Shown here: positions 13,901 through 27,323 of the stretch, piece by piece
Numbering within the stretch: position 1 is the stretch's first letter
How the letters are laid out: every line of letters begins with the position of its first letter
Source: Neocallimastix sp. 'constans'
Lineage: Eukaryota
NCBI GenBank assembly: GCA_050613775.1
Contig: JBODTK010000015.1
Location: 558,001 to 622,000 of the forward strand
Length of the DNA: 64,000 bases
Direction: 5' to 3'
Translations under genes and position numbers: made by a program
The notes under the pieces: generated by a model
What the model was told of the DNA's origin: nothing
Database searches by the model: none
The model's input: the letters and a program-made list of their open reading frames with translations, nothing else

Positions 13901-15118
13901 AGTAATTTTAAAACTATTCTTTTTACCGATCATAAACCCCTAGTCGGGTTATTTAACAATAACAAAGAACCCAATAACGCTAGACAAATGAGATGGGTTG
14001 TTACCTTGAGCATGCTAAATGTCATTGTCAAATATGGACCTGGAAAGAAAAATGTGGTCGCCGATGCTCTTTCATGACTACTATTAAATAAAAAGGAAAA
14101 TCAAAAAATCCCAATTACGAATTCCATTGATACAAATAATAATGAAATAAACTTAAGCAAATCAATTAAAGAATTCTTTAAAAGAAAAATTGTAACTATT
14201 GATGATGTAAAATATTATAAAGAAAACAATAAATTAAGGAAAGTTATTGACGATAAAGAAGAAAAAATTGAACTATTATTATCTGCACATAACGAAGGAC
14301 ATGAAGGTTCTCATAAAACCTATAACAGATTGAAGAAGAATTACTATTGGGAAAATATGAGTAAGGATGTTGAAATTCTAGTTAAAACATGCCATCAGTG
14401 CCAGTTAAATAGACCTTAACCAGCAAATATAGGAATTGAAAATCATGCTACTATACCAGAATCCCCTTTTCGTCGAGTTGGTTTAGATATTGTTGGTCCC
14501 CTACCAGAAATCAAATCAAAAAATAAATATATTATAGCACTTGTTGATTACTTCACTAAGTTGGTGGAAGCTGAACCACTTATAACGGGAAACAATCAGA
14601 AAGATTGGGATGAAATTCTACCAAGTGTACTTTGGGCTCTTTGAACATGCAAAAGTGAAGTTACAAAATTCAGTAGTTTCGAACTTCTTTATGGTAGAAC
14701 CGATCTTCAACCTTTCGAGTTATCGTTAAGTATAAATGATAGACATATTCATGAAACAACAGAAAAATATATAATTAGGAAATTTACTAATCATTGGAGA
14801 TGGATTTTAGAAGATACCAATAATATTAATAATGCTAATAAATTATGGGAAAATAGACGAAGACAAAAAGATTCAATGAAATCTACTTTTGAAAAAGGAG
14901 ACTTAGTTTTAATCAGGAATTTCTCACGCAAAAAACTCGATCCTTATTATATTGGATCTATGAAAATTATCAAGATGGAATTTAATACAGCAATATTATG
15001 TGACCCAATTACTGGTGAAATTGCTGATAGAAATATCCATAAGAAAACCCTAATTCATTATTACACATGATACAATGAGACTTCAGTGGACGAAGTCCAT
15101 AGTTAAACTGGGAAATTC
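10951..15118 (+). pseudogene. Degenerate Ty3/gypsy element (Asn-rich gag end, protease, RT, RNase H, internally deleted integrase)
   Basis: Fragments MCVDYQKLN, LDLFSGFHQI, MPFGLCNAP, YMDD, YSVTDIEG, AHNEGH..CHQCQ, and the KLDPYYIG C-terminus. Many stops. The integrase core is deleted at ~14580. A purine-rich tract is followed by TG at 15119. Confidence 0.9.
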
Positions 15119-17146
15119 TGATCCGAAACTTGCTTATTTATTTTAAATGAGTATATATATATATAAAATTATAAAGACAAATAATAAAATATTTATAATA
15201 ATAAAATTATTTAAAATAAAATAGTTATAATATAATTATTAGTAATAAAAATTATTTATTATAAATTGTTTTAATAAAATTAATACAGAAATATCCAATT
15301 CTGTATAAGGTTAGGATTTAATATTTTATAAAAAACAACTTTTATTTTATAAAAAACAACTTTTATTATTTCGATAAATTAAAGTATTTGATACAATACT
15401 AACTATCATTTTTATTGTTTTCTCTAAATAGATTATTATTTTCTAAATTTTTTTTTATATAATTATAAATTTTATGAAATTTGATATTAATAATCTATTA
15501 GAATACTAAGTTATTTATTAATTGATAAATTAAAATATTATTAGAATAGATAATTAAAATTTTAAATACAAATAAATCATTAATAATTATAACTATATTT
15601 TTAGATAGATACTTTAGAATAGGTTAATTTTTAAAATATATTAATATTAAAATAACATTCAGAATAGAATAAATTCATATGTTTATATCTAAGGCTCATG
15701 TGAAAAAATATAAATGGAAGAAATTTTCTTTCTTTTGAAAGGGGGACAATAAAATAAAATAAAAATTAATAAAATATTTTTATTTAAACTAATAAAAATT
15801 TATTTATAATATTTAATATTGTGTATATAAAATATTGTGTGTGATCTGTGCCCATATCATGTGATAAGAAATTATAAATAACATGCTTTTGTTTATTAAT
15901 AACTCTTTATCAAAGAGATAAATTCTAAAATAATTAAAATATGTTTTATTATAAAGCTTTTTAAAATTGATTTATTAGAAACACTAACGTTATTTTTATA
16001 TATAAATTTTATTTTAATTTTTAAATATTAATTTTTATTAAGTTTTAGATTTATAATATTAAATAAATACTTTTAAATTTAAATAAATAAAAATAAAATA
16101 AGTATTTATTGAACAAATTTTAGCAAACAAAAATGTTAACAAAAATGTTGTTCTTTTAAATAAGAATTATTACATGTTTTAATAATTTTCGTTAAGATTA
16201 AACTATATAATTAACTATTTAATTTAATTACTATTTATATCTTTTATAAATATTTAAAATAAAAAATATTACTATTTTAATTCTATTTTAAGTCTTATTT
16301 TCTATTTTTAAAATAAGAATTGGTTTTAAGCCTTTAAAATAAAATAACTATTTACTATTTATATCAAATAATAACAAATTTTTATATAATTAAATATATT
16401 TTACATAATAAAATTATTTAAATTTAATTTCTATATTAATTATTTAAATTTAAATTGTTGTTTTATTAATCTTAAAATTTTATTTGAAAATACTAACTTT
16501 TTATAATAATTATTTATGATTTTATAATTTAGTAAATTATTATAAATTGTTAAATTTAGTTTATTAATTAATTTTAAATTATAAATTTCATCTTTTATCA
16601 GTTTCTCCGCCGTTAAGATGTAACTTCGTCTCCTGAAGTTAATAAGGTTTCTCCTCTAATTGTGTACGGATATATGTTCTTTAAATGTACATTTCTTGAG
16701 AAAAGTTTTCCTGTATTCGGGTCCTCTAATACGACTGTATTGTATTTTGGTTCCTTTACAACTTTGAACGGTCCATAAAAATAAGGGTCCAATTTAGATC
16801 TATTAAAAAGTCTAATTAAAACATAGTATCCAACTTTATACTTCTTTTTAAGTGCTTTTGAAAATCTCATTCTTTGTTCCCAATATCTTTTTGCATGTTC
16901 GGAATATTATTTGTAGTGCCTCACTCCTATTCGTTTTCAATTAATAACATCAACATTTTTCCAATTTCACGATTCCTGTTTTCTATCATTCCGTTTGATT
17001 GGATGGTGTGTAACAAAATGAATCCAAGATTCGTATAAGTCCACCATTATTTTTGCTATTTCTGAGATAAAGGAGCTTCCATTATCTGTAATTATTATTT
17101 CTGGAGACCCATGTCTCGAAAATACTTCTGTTAAGAATAATTCAAC

Positions 17147-17894
17147 TATAAAGAGTTTTATGTCAAAACAGATTATAATAATACAAAACACTCTATTATA
17201 AAATAAATTCTTTTATTAAAAATAATTTTATAAAAAATCTTTTATTAAATAGTTCTTATTATGTTATGAACTATAAAATCATAAAATAACAATTACTTTC
17301 TTTCAATTAAAGAAAATTTACAATATTTATATTTTTTCTTAATAATATTCTAATATATTAAATTAATTTAATTTACATATATTCAATTTAAATATTAATA
17401 ATAATTAATTTTATAAAATAATAAAATATTTAAACTAAAACTAATTAAAGTATAATTTTTTAATCAACTATTTTTTATTATAACTATTTAAATATTTTAA
17501 CTAATTTAAAATTAAACTAAAAACTATTAATAATAATAAACTATACTATTTAAATAAATAAAAAATTTTCAATAACAGATTTGACGAATTTTTTGTGACT
17601 AAATTATTTAATTTCATATTTAATAAATATAAATTTAAATAATTTAAGTTCTAATTTATAATTTTAAATTTCAATTATTAATTTAAGGAGAAGTAATTAT
17701 TTAAAGTATTTAATTCATGTATGTAAATTTGATGTATGATTTTTCGTTTACATAATTTATTGAAATATGTTTTAATTCATAAATTAATGTAAATTACATA
17801 ATTTTATTCAAGATATCGTGACAAAAATTTCAAACATAAATTAATGTAATAATGTATTACATAAATTTATTAAAGATATAAAGATATCTTTACA
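17147..17894 (-). mobile_element. Solo LTR related to the chromovirus LTR
   Basis: Ends ...ATATCTTTACA and shares blocks with 1896-2625 (ATAACAATTAC at 17286-17296; TATTTATATTTTTTCTTAAT). The left end and TSD are decayed (TCAAC/ATAAC). Removal restores the integrase EEV.LFLTEVFSRHG. Confidence 0.8.
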
Positions 17895-18576
17895 ATAACT
17901 TCTTCCGATGTAGCATTTGGAATTGCTTTGGCTTCTGGCCATTTAGTAAAATAATCTACTAATGTAATTGTATATTTATTTCCTTTTTTTGTTTCCTGTA
18001 GCGAACCAATAATGTCCAATCCGACTCTGGTAAAAGGCATTTCCACTGGTGTAGTGTTACTTTCGGTATTATTGGGTAGAGGTTTTGGCCTGAACAGCTG
18101 GCACTAGTGGCAGGACTTTACCAACATCTTGACATCACTCCAAATTCCCGGCCAATAGTATGATTGCATAATTCTTTGGGTGGTTTTTTCAGCTCCCTCA
18201 TGGCCTACATTATGTGTTCTAATTATTATGTCTTTTTTATCCTCTTCTTTGTATATAACTTTCAAATATAAATCATTCTTTTTATAATATAATGTATTAT
18301 CTATTATTTGGTAATTTTTACTAAAATACTTTATTATACCTTCTGGAAAGTCTAAATCTTTTGGTTTAAATTCATTTAATATTGTATTTATTGATAGTAT
18401 TATTCTTTCATTGTTACTGGATGGTAGTCTGGATAACGCGTCTTCAAAAATGTTTTTCTCTCCTTTCTCATATTTTATTATGACATTATATTTATTAAAT
18501 TCTTCCATCCATCTTAAATGTCTTCTTTTAACTGATAAGCTTTTATTGAAAAATCCAATTAGAGGCTCATGGTCAG

Positions 18577-19225
18577 TGTAACGAAATCTTCAGTTAGTAA
18601 AATTAGAACTTTGGTTCAATGGTTAGTTACATTGACCATGACCAATACTTCATGGGTTCGACTCACACCTCAACCCATTTTGCATAAATAATTATTTTAT
18701 TAATTATTTTATTAATTATTAATAATATCTTCTTGAATATTCTTTCTGTATAAAATTATAGAAAGTTAAAGATTCTTTCGGTTCGTAATTCAACCGAAAT
18801 GAATTTAGAAATTCTTATTATATAAATTATTTTATTCTTTTTTGATAAGATTCATTTTCATCAATTAAAATCTATATTCTAGAAACTTTACATTATTAAT
18901 TATTACAAACATGTTTCTAAATATTTCTTTAAAATTATTTTTACATGTTAAAACTGTTTTTCCGTTAAAAGTATAAATAGTGCGAACTTCACGAATGAAA
19001 ATATTTTTCTTCGTGCTTTTATTAATAATAATTAACGTATAAGTAATTCGAAATATTACCTTGTTGATTAATATTAATAATTACTTTAAATTTTATAATT
19101 AATAAAAAAAAAAATATTTTTAATAAAACGAATTATTTATACAGATAGTGTAAACCTATTGAGTTTTCTCCTTTCTGTGTTTCTATACCACGTCCCGCCG
19201 TTACTATAGAAGCACCTCCGTTACA
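18577..19225 (+). mobile_element. Solo LTR of a second family, with tRNA-like A/B boxes
   Basis: TGTAACG...CGTTACA termini, perfect 5-bp TSD GTCAG (18572-18576, 19226-19230). Removal restores RNase H FITDHEPL. TATAAATAG at 18972-18980. Confidence 0.88.
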
Positions 19226-20308
19226 GTCAGTAATAAATTTATTTTTATTTTTGTTGCTAATTATATATTGTCTAAATTTCTTTAATGTATAAATAGAGCT
19301 AAACCTTCTAAATCTGTTATTGAATAATTTCTCTCTGCTGGTTTCAGAGATCTACTTACACATGTAACTGGTAGTTCCAAATTGTCTTTACCTATCTGCA
19401 ATAGTACTCTACCAATACCTTTATTTGAGGCATCTGTTCGTACAATGAATAGTTTGTTAAAGTCAGGATAAATTAAAATTGGATCGGATAATAACATTTT
19501 CTTAAATCCTCAAAAGTATAGTTAGAGTTCTCATCCCAAATAAATTTTGTATCCTTTTTAAGTAATTTGTATAATGGATTGGCTCTAATAGAATAATTTT
19601 TAATGAATTTTCTGTAATAACTGGTTAGTCCAAGAAATGACCGTAGTTCGTTTATATTATTGGGTCTTTCCTATAGTGTTATTGATTGAACCTTTGATGG
19701 TGCAGTTTTTAACCCATCAGTAGTCAGAACATGTCCAAGAACTTCTACCTCTTCTTTAAAGAATTTACATTTTTGTAAGTTAATAGATAAATTATATTTT
19801 GTAAATATTTCAAATACTTTCTTTAAATATTTTATGTGATCTTCAAGATTTTTCGAATATACAACTATGTCATCAATATAAACAAATAGACATTCCTCTA
19901 TTAATAGTAATAATATACTGTTCATTTCTCTTTGAAATGATGCTGGTGCGTTGGCTAAACCAAAGGGCATCACTAAAAAATTATAATTTCCATATTTCGT
20001 TGTAAAGGCTGTTTTTTCCACATCTCTTTCATTCATTGGTATTTGGTAGTAGCCTGAAAATAAGTCCAATGCTGAGAATATTTTTGCCCCTTTTACTGAT
20101 GTTATTAATTTGTCAATATATTTTCAAAAAAATTTTGTAATCATAATCAAAATAATATTAAAATTTTTTCTAAAAATTTAATTATAATATTAATATTAAT
20201 AAAAATTGTATTAAAAATTTTTCTAAAAATTTTTATGAAAATAATTATGATAAAAATTCTTACAGTAATAATTTTAATACATGTAATTATAAAATTAATT
20301 ATAACTAT

Positions 20309-22835
20309 TGTAACAAATCTTAAAGTTACTTAAGATTGTTATAAGGTTTTTTACACAAAAGGTTCTCGACACTAAAGTAATTCAAAATATGTTTTATTAA
20401 AATAAGTTTTTTTATTAGTAAAAATATAAATTATTATTTAATTAATTAATCATTGTAATATTTTAAATTACTTTAAAATTAATTAATAAAAGCACAAGTA
20501 AAAATATTTTATTATGAAATTTTACACCTATTTATAGTTTTTCAGGAAAATTAATTATTTTAAGTTATCAGTTGTTATTAGTAATTATTAGAAATAAAAG
20601 AAAATTAAAGAAAATTAAAGAAAACAAGTTTTCTTTCTAGAAAATGAATCTTAGATAAAAAATGATAAAAAATATTAATAAAATAGATTTTTCTAGTTTT
20701 ATCGGTTCAATTGTTTAACCGATAAACACTAGTAATTTCTTTAATATTCTAGTTATAATAAATAAAAATTTATTAAATTTTGGAAAAAGTGGGTGTCGAA
20801 TCCTAAGGGTTCAGCCCGATGGTTATGGTAACTTACCATTGAACCATAGTTACTAATTTACTAGTTATGGTAAAGAATGAATTAATAACCTTTATTTTAT
20901 TATTAATAATTCTTTACTAAATTGTACTTTCCTATATTCTTCATAACCTAAACCTCATTGTAAATTTAATTTATTTTGATATAAATTAATTTTAACTTGT
21001 AAATAATGTAAATAATGTAAATAAATTTTAATTAATTACTTTATTGTTATATTATTAAATATATGTATATATTAAAATACAATTGTAAATATTAAAATTA
21101 TACTTTTAAGATACTAAATTATTAAAACTATTAATTAAATATTATTATAAAAATTATTATAAAATTATTAAAATTATTAATTAAATATTATTATAAAAAT
21201 TATTATAAATTATTAATATTATAAAATTATTAAAATTATTAAATATTATTATAAAAATTTATTTATTATAACTATTAAATATTATTATAAAATTATTAAG
21301 ATTATTAATTAAATTTATTATTAAAAATTATTATTAAAAATTATTACTTATTATAAAAATTATTATTTAAATATTATCAAATTTATTAATTAAATATTAT
21401 AAAAATTTTATTTTATTTTGAAAATAATTACAAGTATTATTTAAAATAATTAAAGATTATTAAATTTATTATATTAATCTTTAAAAACAATTTATTTAAC
21501 TTAAAAATATCAAAGAAAATAGTAAAAACTATTTTCTATATATTTATTTTATAATTATTTTTAATTAAATTATATTTGAATATTATATTATTATATTTAT
21601 AAAAATTAAAACAAAAATGAATTATTGATATAAAATTAATTCAATAATTCTATAAAATTACTTAAATTATAAACAATTAATTATACTTTAAATTTATAAA
21701 AAAATATAAATATTGTAACAATTTCTTAAAAATTAAATATGTGTACTTTAAATAATAAAATTTTATATTAATAAAAAAAATAAATAACTTTTAATAAAGA
21801 AATAATTTTTTTTTTATTTAAAATCAAAGCAGGGTAATACCCGTCCCCCCCTGCTTGATTTTAAATATCTAAGTGTCAACCCCGAGTCTACCAGTTATGA
21901 TTTATACCTAATATTCTTAATCTACAAAAATTAAATTTTGTAGAAGTGAATAAAAGGATAAATACTGAATAAAATTGATTTAAGAAATTTAAAAAAAATA
22001 AATATGTTTTATTATTAAACACAAAAATGTTTTATTAAAAAAATTTATTTTTATTTTAATATTAATCTTTATTTATTTAATAATTAATTTTGTTTAAATT
22101 AATAAAATAATTGTTAAAACTAATAAAATAATAAAATGAAATATTTATTATTTATACTAATTTATTTTAAATTTTAATAATAAAATTGATTATTAATAAC
22201 TAATAAAATATTTATAATAATTTATTAACTAATTAATAATAAAGAATAATTTATAAGAAATATTTACATGTTTTTATATTTTTCTTTGATTTTAAACTAT
22301 TTACATTAAAAATAATAAAATTAATAAAAGAGAAATAAAGAATAATTTATTATTAAATTAAACAATATTTACAATTAAAATGTTAATAAAGATGAGTTTT
22401 AAAATGTTATTTTAATTACAATTTGTTTATAAAAGTTGAGTTATAAAATAAATAAAATAATCATTATTTTAAATAAAAGTAACTTAAAAAATTATTTAAC
22501 TATTTAATTTTAATTTTGCGTTGTTTATAAGTTTGTTTATTTGTTGTTTATAATTTATTAAATATGTTTATTATTTTGTTTATTTGTTGTTTTAGAAAAA
22601 TATTATTTATTAATTTATTTTAGTTTTTAATTAAAATTATTAATGATTAATTAATTTATTATTATTTTATTTTAATTATCTTTATTTAATTAATTTTTCT
22701 TAAATATGGATTTAATTTTTTTTTTAGAATGGATTAATTTTTGGATTAAGCTAGAAAACTTTAACAAGAATTTGTTTTTTATTATTTATTTTAATTTAAT
22801 AATTTTGTTATTTATCAGTTATGAGTTTCGTTACA
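20309..22835 (-). mobile_element. Second, inverted solo LTR of the A/B-box family, interrupted by a 1.95-kb insertion
   Basis: TGTAACA...CGTTACA termini, TSD ACTAT (20304-20308, 22836-22840). The reverse complement aligns by eye with 18577-19225 once 20868-22821 is removed. Confidence 0.8.
20868..22817. mobile_element. 1.95-kb AT-rich insertion, probably a long solo LTR
   Basis: TGGTAAA...TTTATCA ends, 4-bp TSD GTTA (20864-20867, 22818-22821). Its start resembles the TGATAAAAGATGAA LTR start at 16600. Confidence 0.65.
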
Positions 22836-22986
22836 ACTATAATAAAAATAATATTAATTTAAACAAAAGTAAAGATAATAATAATTAGGAAAATTATTAT
22901 ATTTTAAATAAAGATTCTCTTGAAAATAATTTAATGAAAATGAAATAACTTTTGTTACAACTAACAATGATGATAATAATACTAAC

Positions 22987-23615
22987 GTGGAAGAATTTAA
23001 TAATAGTATTGCTATTAAAGAATATTTGAAAAAGAAAGTAATTATAGATAATATTAAATATTTTAAAGATGGTGAAAATATTCGTAAATTTGTCGAAGAC
23101 AAAGAGGAGAAAATAGAATTATTATTAGCTACGCATAGTGTTGGACATGAAGGCTATTATAAAACATACGATAGACTTAAAAGGAAATATTATTGGGAAA
23201 ACATGTCCAAAGATGTAGAATTACTTGTTAAAACTTGCCATGATTGTCAAATGAACAGGCCACAACCAATTAATAGAGGTACTGAATCATTTGCTACTAA
23301 ACCAGGTTTACCCTTTACTCGAGTTTGTTTGGACATTATAGGTCCCTTACCTATCACTAAATCAAATAATAAATACATAATTGTTTTAGTTAATTATTTT
23401 ACAAAATGGGTGGAAGCCGAACCATTTCCTACAATTGAATCTAAAGACGTTATCAAGTTTCTTACTAATGTATTTTCTCGACATGGCATTCCTTAAATTT
23501 TAATCACTGATAATGATCCGCAATTTACTTCCAATGCCACAAAAGGATTTTTAGATTTATATAATGTTTATGTTTATTACATCAGTACTTAACATCCTGA
23601 AAGTAATGGCCAAAT
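22987..23615 (+). pseudogene. Gypsy integrase fragment (HHCC zinc finger plus part of the rve core)
   Basis: THSVGH..CHDCQ, LDIIGPLP, FSRHGIP*ILITDN, HPESNG. Shares KEEKIELLL with the 10951-15118 element. Confidence 0.9.
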
Positions 23616-24084
23616 TGATCAATTTAATTTAAATTGATCAACTTTAAAAAAAAAAAAAAAAAAAAGGTAATCTAGAGTCTAAAGAGGGAAGAAAAAGAAA
23701 TAAACAAGCTAAATAAAAATTAAATATACTAGAGTAAAGTGTAACAAGAGGACATAAATACAGAGGTTTTATATAAAAAAAAAAAAAGCATACTATTTTA
23801 AAATGCAAACAAGGATTTGAAATTTTAAAAGAAAAATTAAATTACTCTTAAAGAATAATAATATAAAATTAGAAATATGTATTAGGAATTCAAGTTAATA
23901 TTTTAGTGTAAATGACGTAAATCCAAATGGGTAGTCATACTTTAAAGGGACGTAAAAACCATAGAGGTTAAGTCATGAGTTGTCTATATAAGAGAACGTA
24001 AAACCAAGAGGTAAACCATGAGTTGTCGTTTTAGTTGCAAATAATTAATACCTTGTTTATATTATCAACAGAAAATACAGATTG

Positions 24085-24622
24085 AATAAAATAAAATAAA
24101 ATAAAATAAAATAAAATAAAATAAAATAAAATAAAATAAAATAAAATAAAATAAAATAAAATAAATAGTAGAATATTAAATAAAAAGTACAGATTAAATA
24201 AAATAAAATAAAATAAAATAAAATAAAATAAAATAAAATAAAATAAAATAAATAGTAGAATATTAAATAAAAAGTACAGATTAAATAAAATAAAATAAAA
24301 TAAAATAAAATAAAATAAAATAAAATAAAATAAAATAAATAGTAGAATATTAAATAAAAAGTACAGATTAAATAAAATAAAATAAAATAAAATAAATAGT
24401 AGAATATTAAATAAAAAGTACAGATTAAATAAAATAAAATAAAATAAAATAAAATAAAATAAAATAAAATAAAATAAAATAAAATAAAATAAAATAAAAT
24501 AAAATAAAATAAAATAAAATAAAATAAAATAAAATAAAATAAAATAAAATAAAATAAAATAAAATAAAATAAAATAAAATAAAATAAAATAAAATAAAAT
24601 AAAATAAAATAAAATAAAATAA
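24085..24622. repeat. (AAATA)n satellite with a recurring GTAGAATATTAAATAAAAAGTACAGATT spacer
   Basis: Direct inspection; four spacer copies. Confidence 0.95.
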
Positions 24623-25049
24623 AAAAAGTATAATAATTATTTTATATATATAGGAATCTTATATATTTTAATTTTTTTTCATTTATTTTTCTAAAAAAAA
24701 AAATTTAGTTATAATACCGTTTGTCTTTTAATTATTATATTTTATTATAGTAAATAAAAAAATTTAAATGAAAAGTAAATAATTTTAATTATTTATAATT
24801 CATATTTTCATAAACGATATATATATATATTAATTTAAATGATATAAGAATTAAAAATTAAATCAATAAGAGTTGAATAATTGATCCTATTAAAATAATT
24901 AATTATTTACATAGTAATATTTATAATGTTTGATCAATATGAATCAATTATTATTAAAATATAATAATAACAATTATAATTTTAATAAAATAATAAAAAT
25001 CTTTTTTTGAATTTAATATTTTTAATAACATAATTAATTTTGAAAAGTA

Positions 25050-25295
25050 TATTGATATTAATAAAATTTATAATTATATAATATTGATATTGATATTAAT
25101 AAAATTTATAATTATATAATATTGATATTGATATTAATAAAATTTATAATTATATAATATTGATATTGATATTAATAAAATTTATAATTATATAATATTG
25201 ATATTGATATTAATAAAATTTTTAATTATATAATATTGATATTGATATTAATAAAATTTATAATTATATAATATTGATATTGATAGTAATAAAAT
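25050..25295. repeat. 38-bp tandem repeat, ~6 copies
   Basis: Unit ATTGATATTGATATTAATAAAATTTATAATTATATAAT. Confidence 0.9.
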
Positions 25296-25522
25296 TTTAA
25301 CTAGTATCAAATAAATCGGTTTTAGTTATAAATTACTTAATAAAAATAACTAAAACATAATTTCTATTAAGATTATTAAATAAACACAATAGGTAAATAA
25401 ATTTGTATTTTTCTAGCATTTTTTTAAATTAAGATTATTTAATTATTATTTAAACGATTATAAATATAAATATAAAATAAATAAGTTTTTATTTTTCTAG
25501 CATTTTTTTAAATTAAGATTAT

Positions 25523-26959
25523 TTATTTTAAATTAATATTTATATCGTTTAAATCAATTAAACATTCTTTCCATAATTTAATTAATTCATTTCTGTTGCA
25601 TCCATTATAAAATAAATTTATTTCCTTACTTTTGTAATTTTCAATTAAAATTTTAATTTCATCAGTTGCACTAAATATTTTTTGCTTTTTTTTCCAAGTT
25701 CCTTTAGTTCTCCTTTGATAATCATTATAAGATAAGTTTTCTTCTTCTTTTAATATATATATTAATTTATAAAATAAAGGTTTATTTGGAAATATATTAT
25801 TTAAGTAGCTATTATAAGATTCTGATGCATTGTTTGTTAAATGCTCTATATTTTCATAATAATTCCAATTATTAACATTATACTTAAGTAAATAATTTTT
25901 ATTAAAATATTCTTAAAATTGTAGAAAATTATTGTACTTTTTTTTTGACAAATTCTTTTTATTATAATATAAAAATCAAATATATAGTTAGGGTTTATAA
26001 ACGGTAAGTTCGAAATAGCTTTATAATAAATATATATATCATTATTATTCTTCACTTCATGATAACATAATATATTTTTTTGTTTTTCTAATGATCTTTT
26101 GTAATGCCAAACACAATATTTAATATTTATATTGGGAAAAACTTTTTTTGCGGCATTAGATATACCTTGTTCAAAATCACAATGAAAATTAATTGTAGTA
26201 ATTAATGTATTACTCCTAAATTTATTTGCATTTTTTTTTTATTTCTTTAAATAATGTTTCATATGTAGATTGTTTTTTATTTTTTAATATAGAAATGGAA
26301 GTAGTGTAAAACATATTAAATTCGCCAACATAAGTTCTTGTTATAAATAACTGATAACTAAATTTCGGTGCTGCATAAAACGTACCGTCCGCAAATATAT
26401 TTTTATGATAATTCGAAAATAAATATGCTTGGAATGGTGATTGAAAGATTATTAGATCAGTATTATTAAATATCATAAAATTTTCATTTCTTTTCGTTTT
26501 ATAATATTCTGATTCAATGGGAATATCATCAAAACTTTTTATGTTTGGAGGAAATTGTTTATTTATATTTCTTATTATTTGGGATCTAATTGTACTATAT
26601 TCGGGACATATAAGTCCCATTTCTTGAGAAACGGCATTAAATATATGTTTAGGTTTTATATCCATAAGAATTGATTTTTTCTTAATTTCTTCCTTAATTT
26701 TATGCTTTGCTACTAATATAGACACATCAATTTCTTTTTCGAGATGGTTATGTAAACTTTCATATTTTAAAACCTCCTTTTTATCATTTAAAATAATTAA
26801 AGATTTACATTTATTTAAAGTCTTATATTCAGTGCATCTATAAATTTTTGATTTATCTTTCCTTTGAAATGAAAAATTAAATTTGTGTTTTTTATTAATA
26901 ATAATTTGTTCATTTTTTCGATTTTTTTCACTTATTTCAATTTCTATATTGTCTTTCAT
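25523..26959 (-). pseudogene. Frameshifted MULE (Mutator-like) transposase
   Basis: FLYWCH-like N-terminus (YRCTEYK..CKS..HNH), ADGTF, HCDFE, YCVWHYK, TNNASESYN. Frameshifts fall in poly-A runs. Paralog of 31578-32999. Confidence 0.9.
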
Positions 26960-27323
26960 TAATAATTAAAATTTTTCAATAAAATATTTTAATAAATATA
27001 CTTTTAAATGCTTTGAAACTTTTTTTTTTGTAATATTTAAAATAATAAACCTTTTTTTTAATTAATTATATAATTATTTAAATAATTATTTAATTATTAA
27101 TTATTTATTATTTCTTTATTTACTATTTTATTTATTTATTTTTATTTTTATTTTTTTTTTTATTTTTTATTTTTTATTTTTTTTTTATTTTTTTTATTTT
27201 TTAATGCTTAAAAATTTAATTTTTATTTATTTTTATTTTATTTTTCAATGTTTAAAAAAAAAGTTTTCTTATTTCTTATTTTTATTTTATTTTTTAAGCA
27301 TTAAAAAATAAAATGTTTATTTA

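Larger units (their letters stand above)
16601..20120 (-). pseudogene. Degenerate Ty3/gypsy pol (RT, RNase H, integrase) interrupted by two solo LTRs
   Basis: ORFs 19671-20069 (YIDD), 19282-19497 (RTDAS), 18104-18508 (HNVGH), 16967-17191 (ITDNG), 16613-16870 (GPF). PPT-like GGCGGAGAAAC is followed by TGATAAAAG at 16600. Confidence 0.9.

Noticed and set aside
18605..18680. Functional tRNA gene
   Set aside because: The acceptor, D and T stems do not pair well. Only the A/B boxes are convincing, and the sequence lies inside an LTR.
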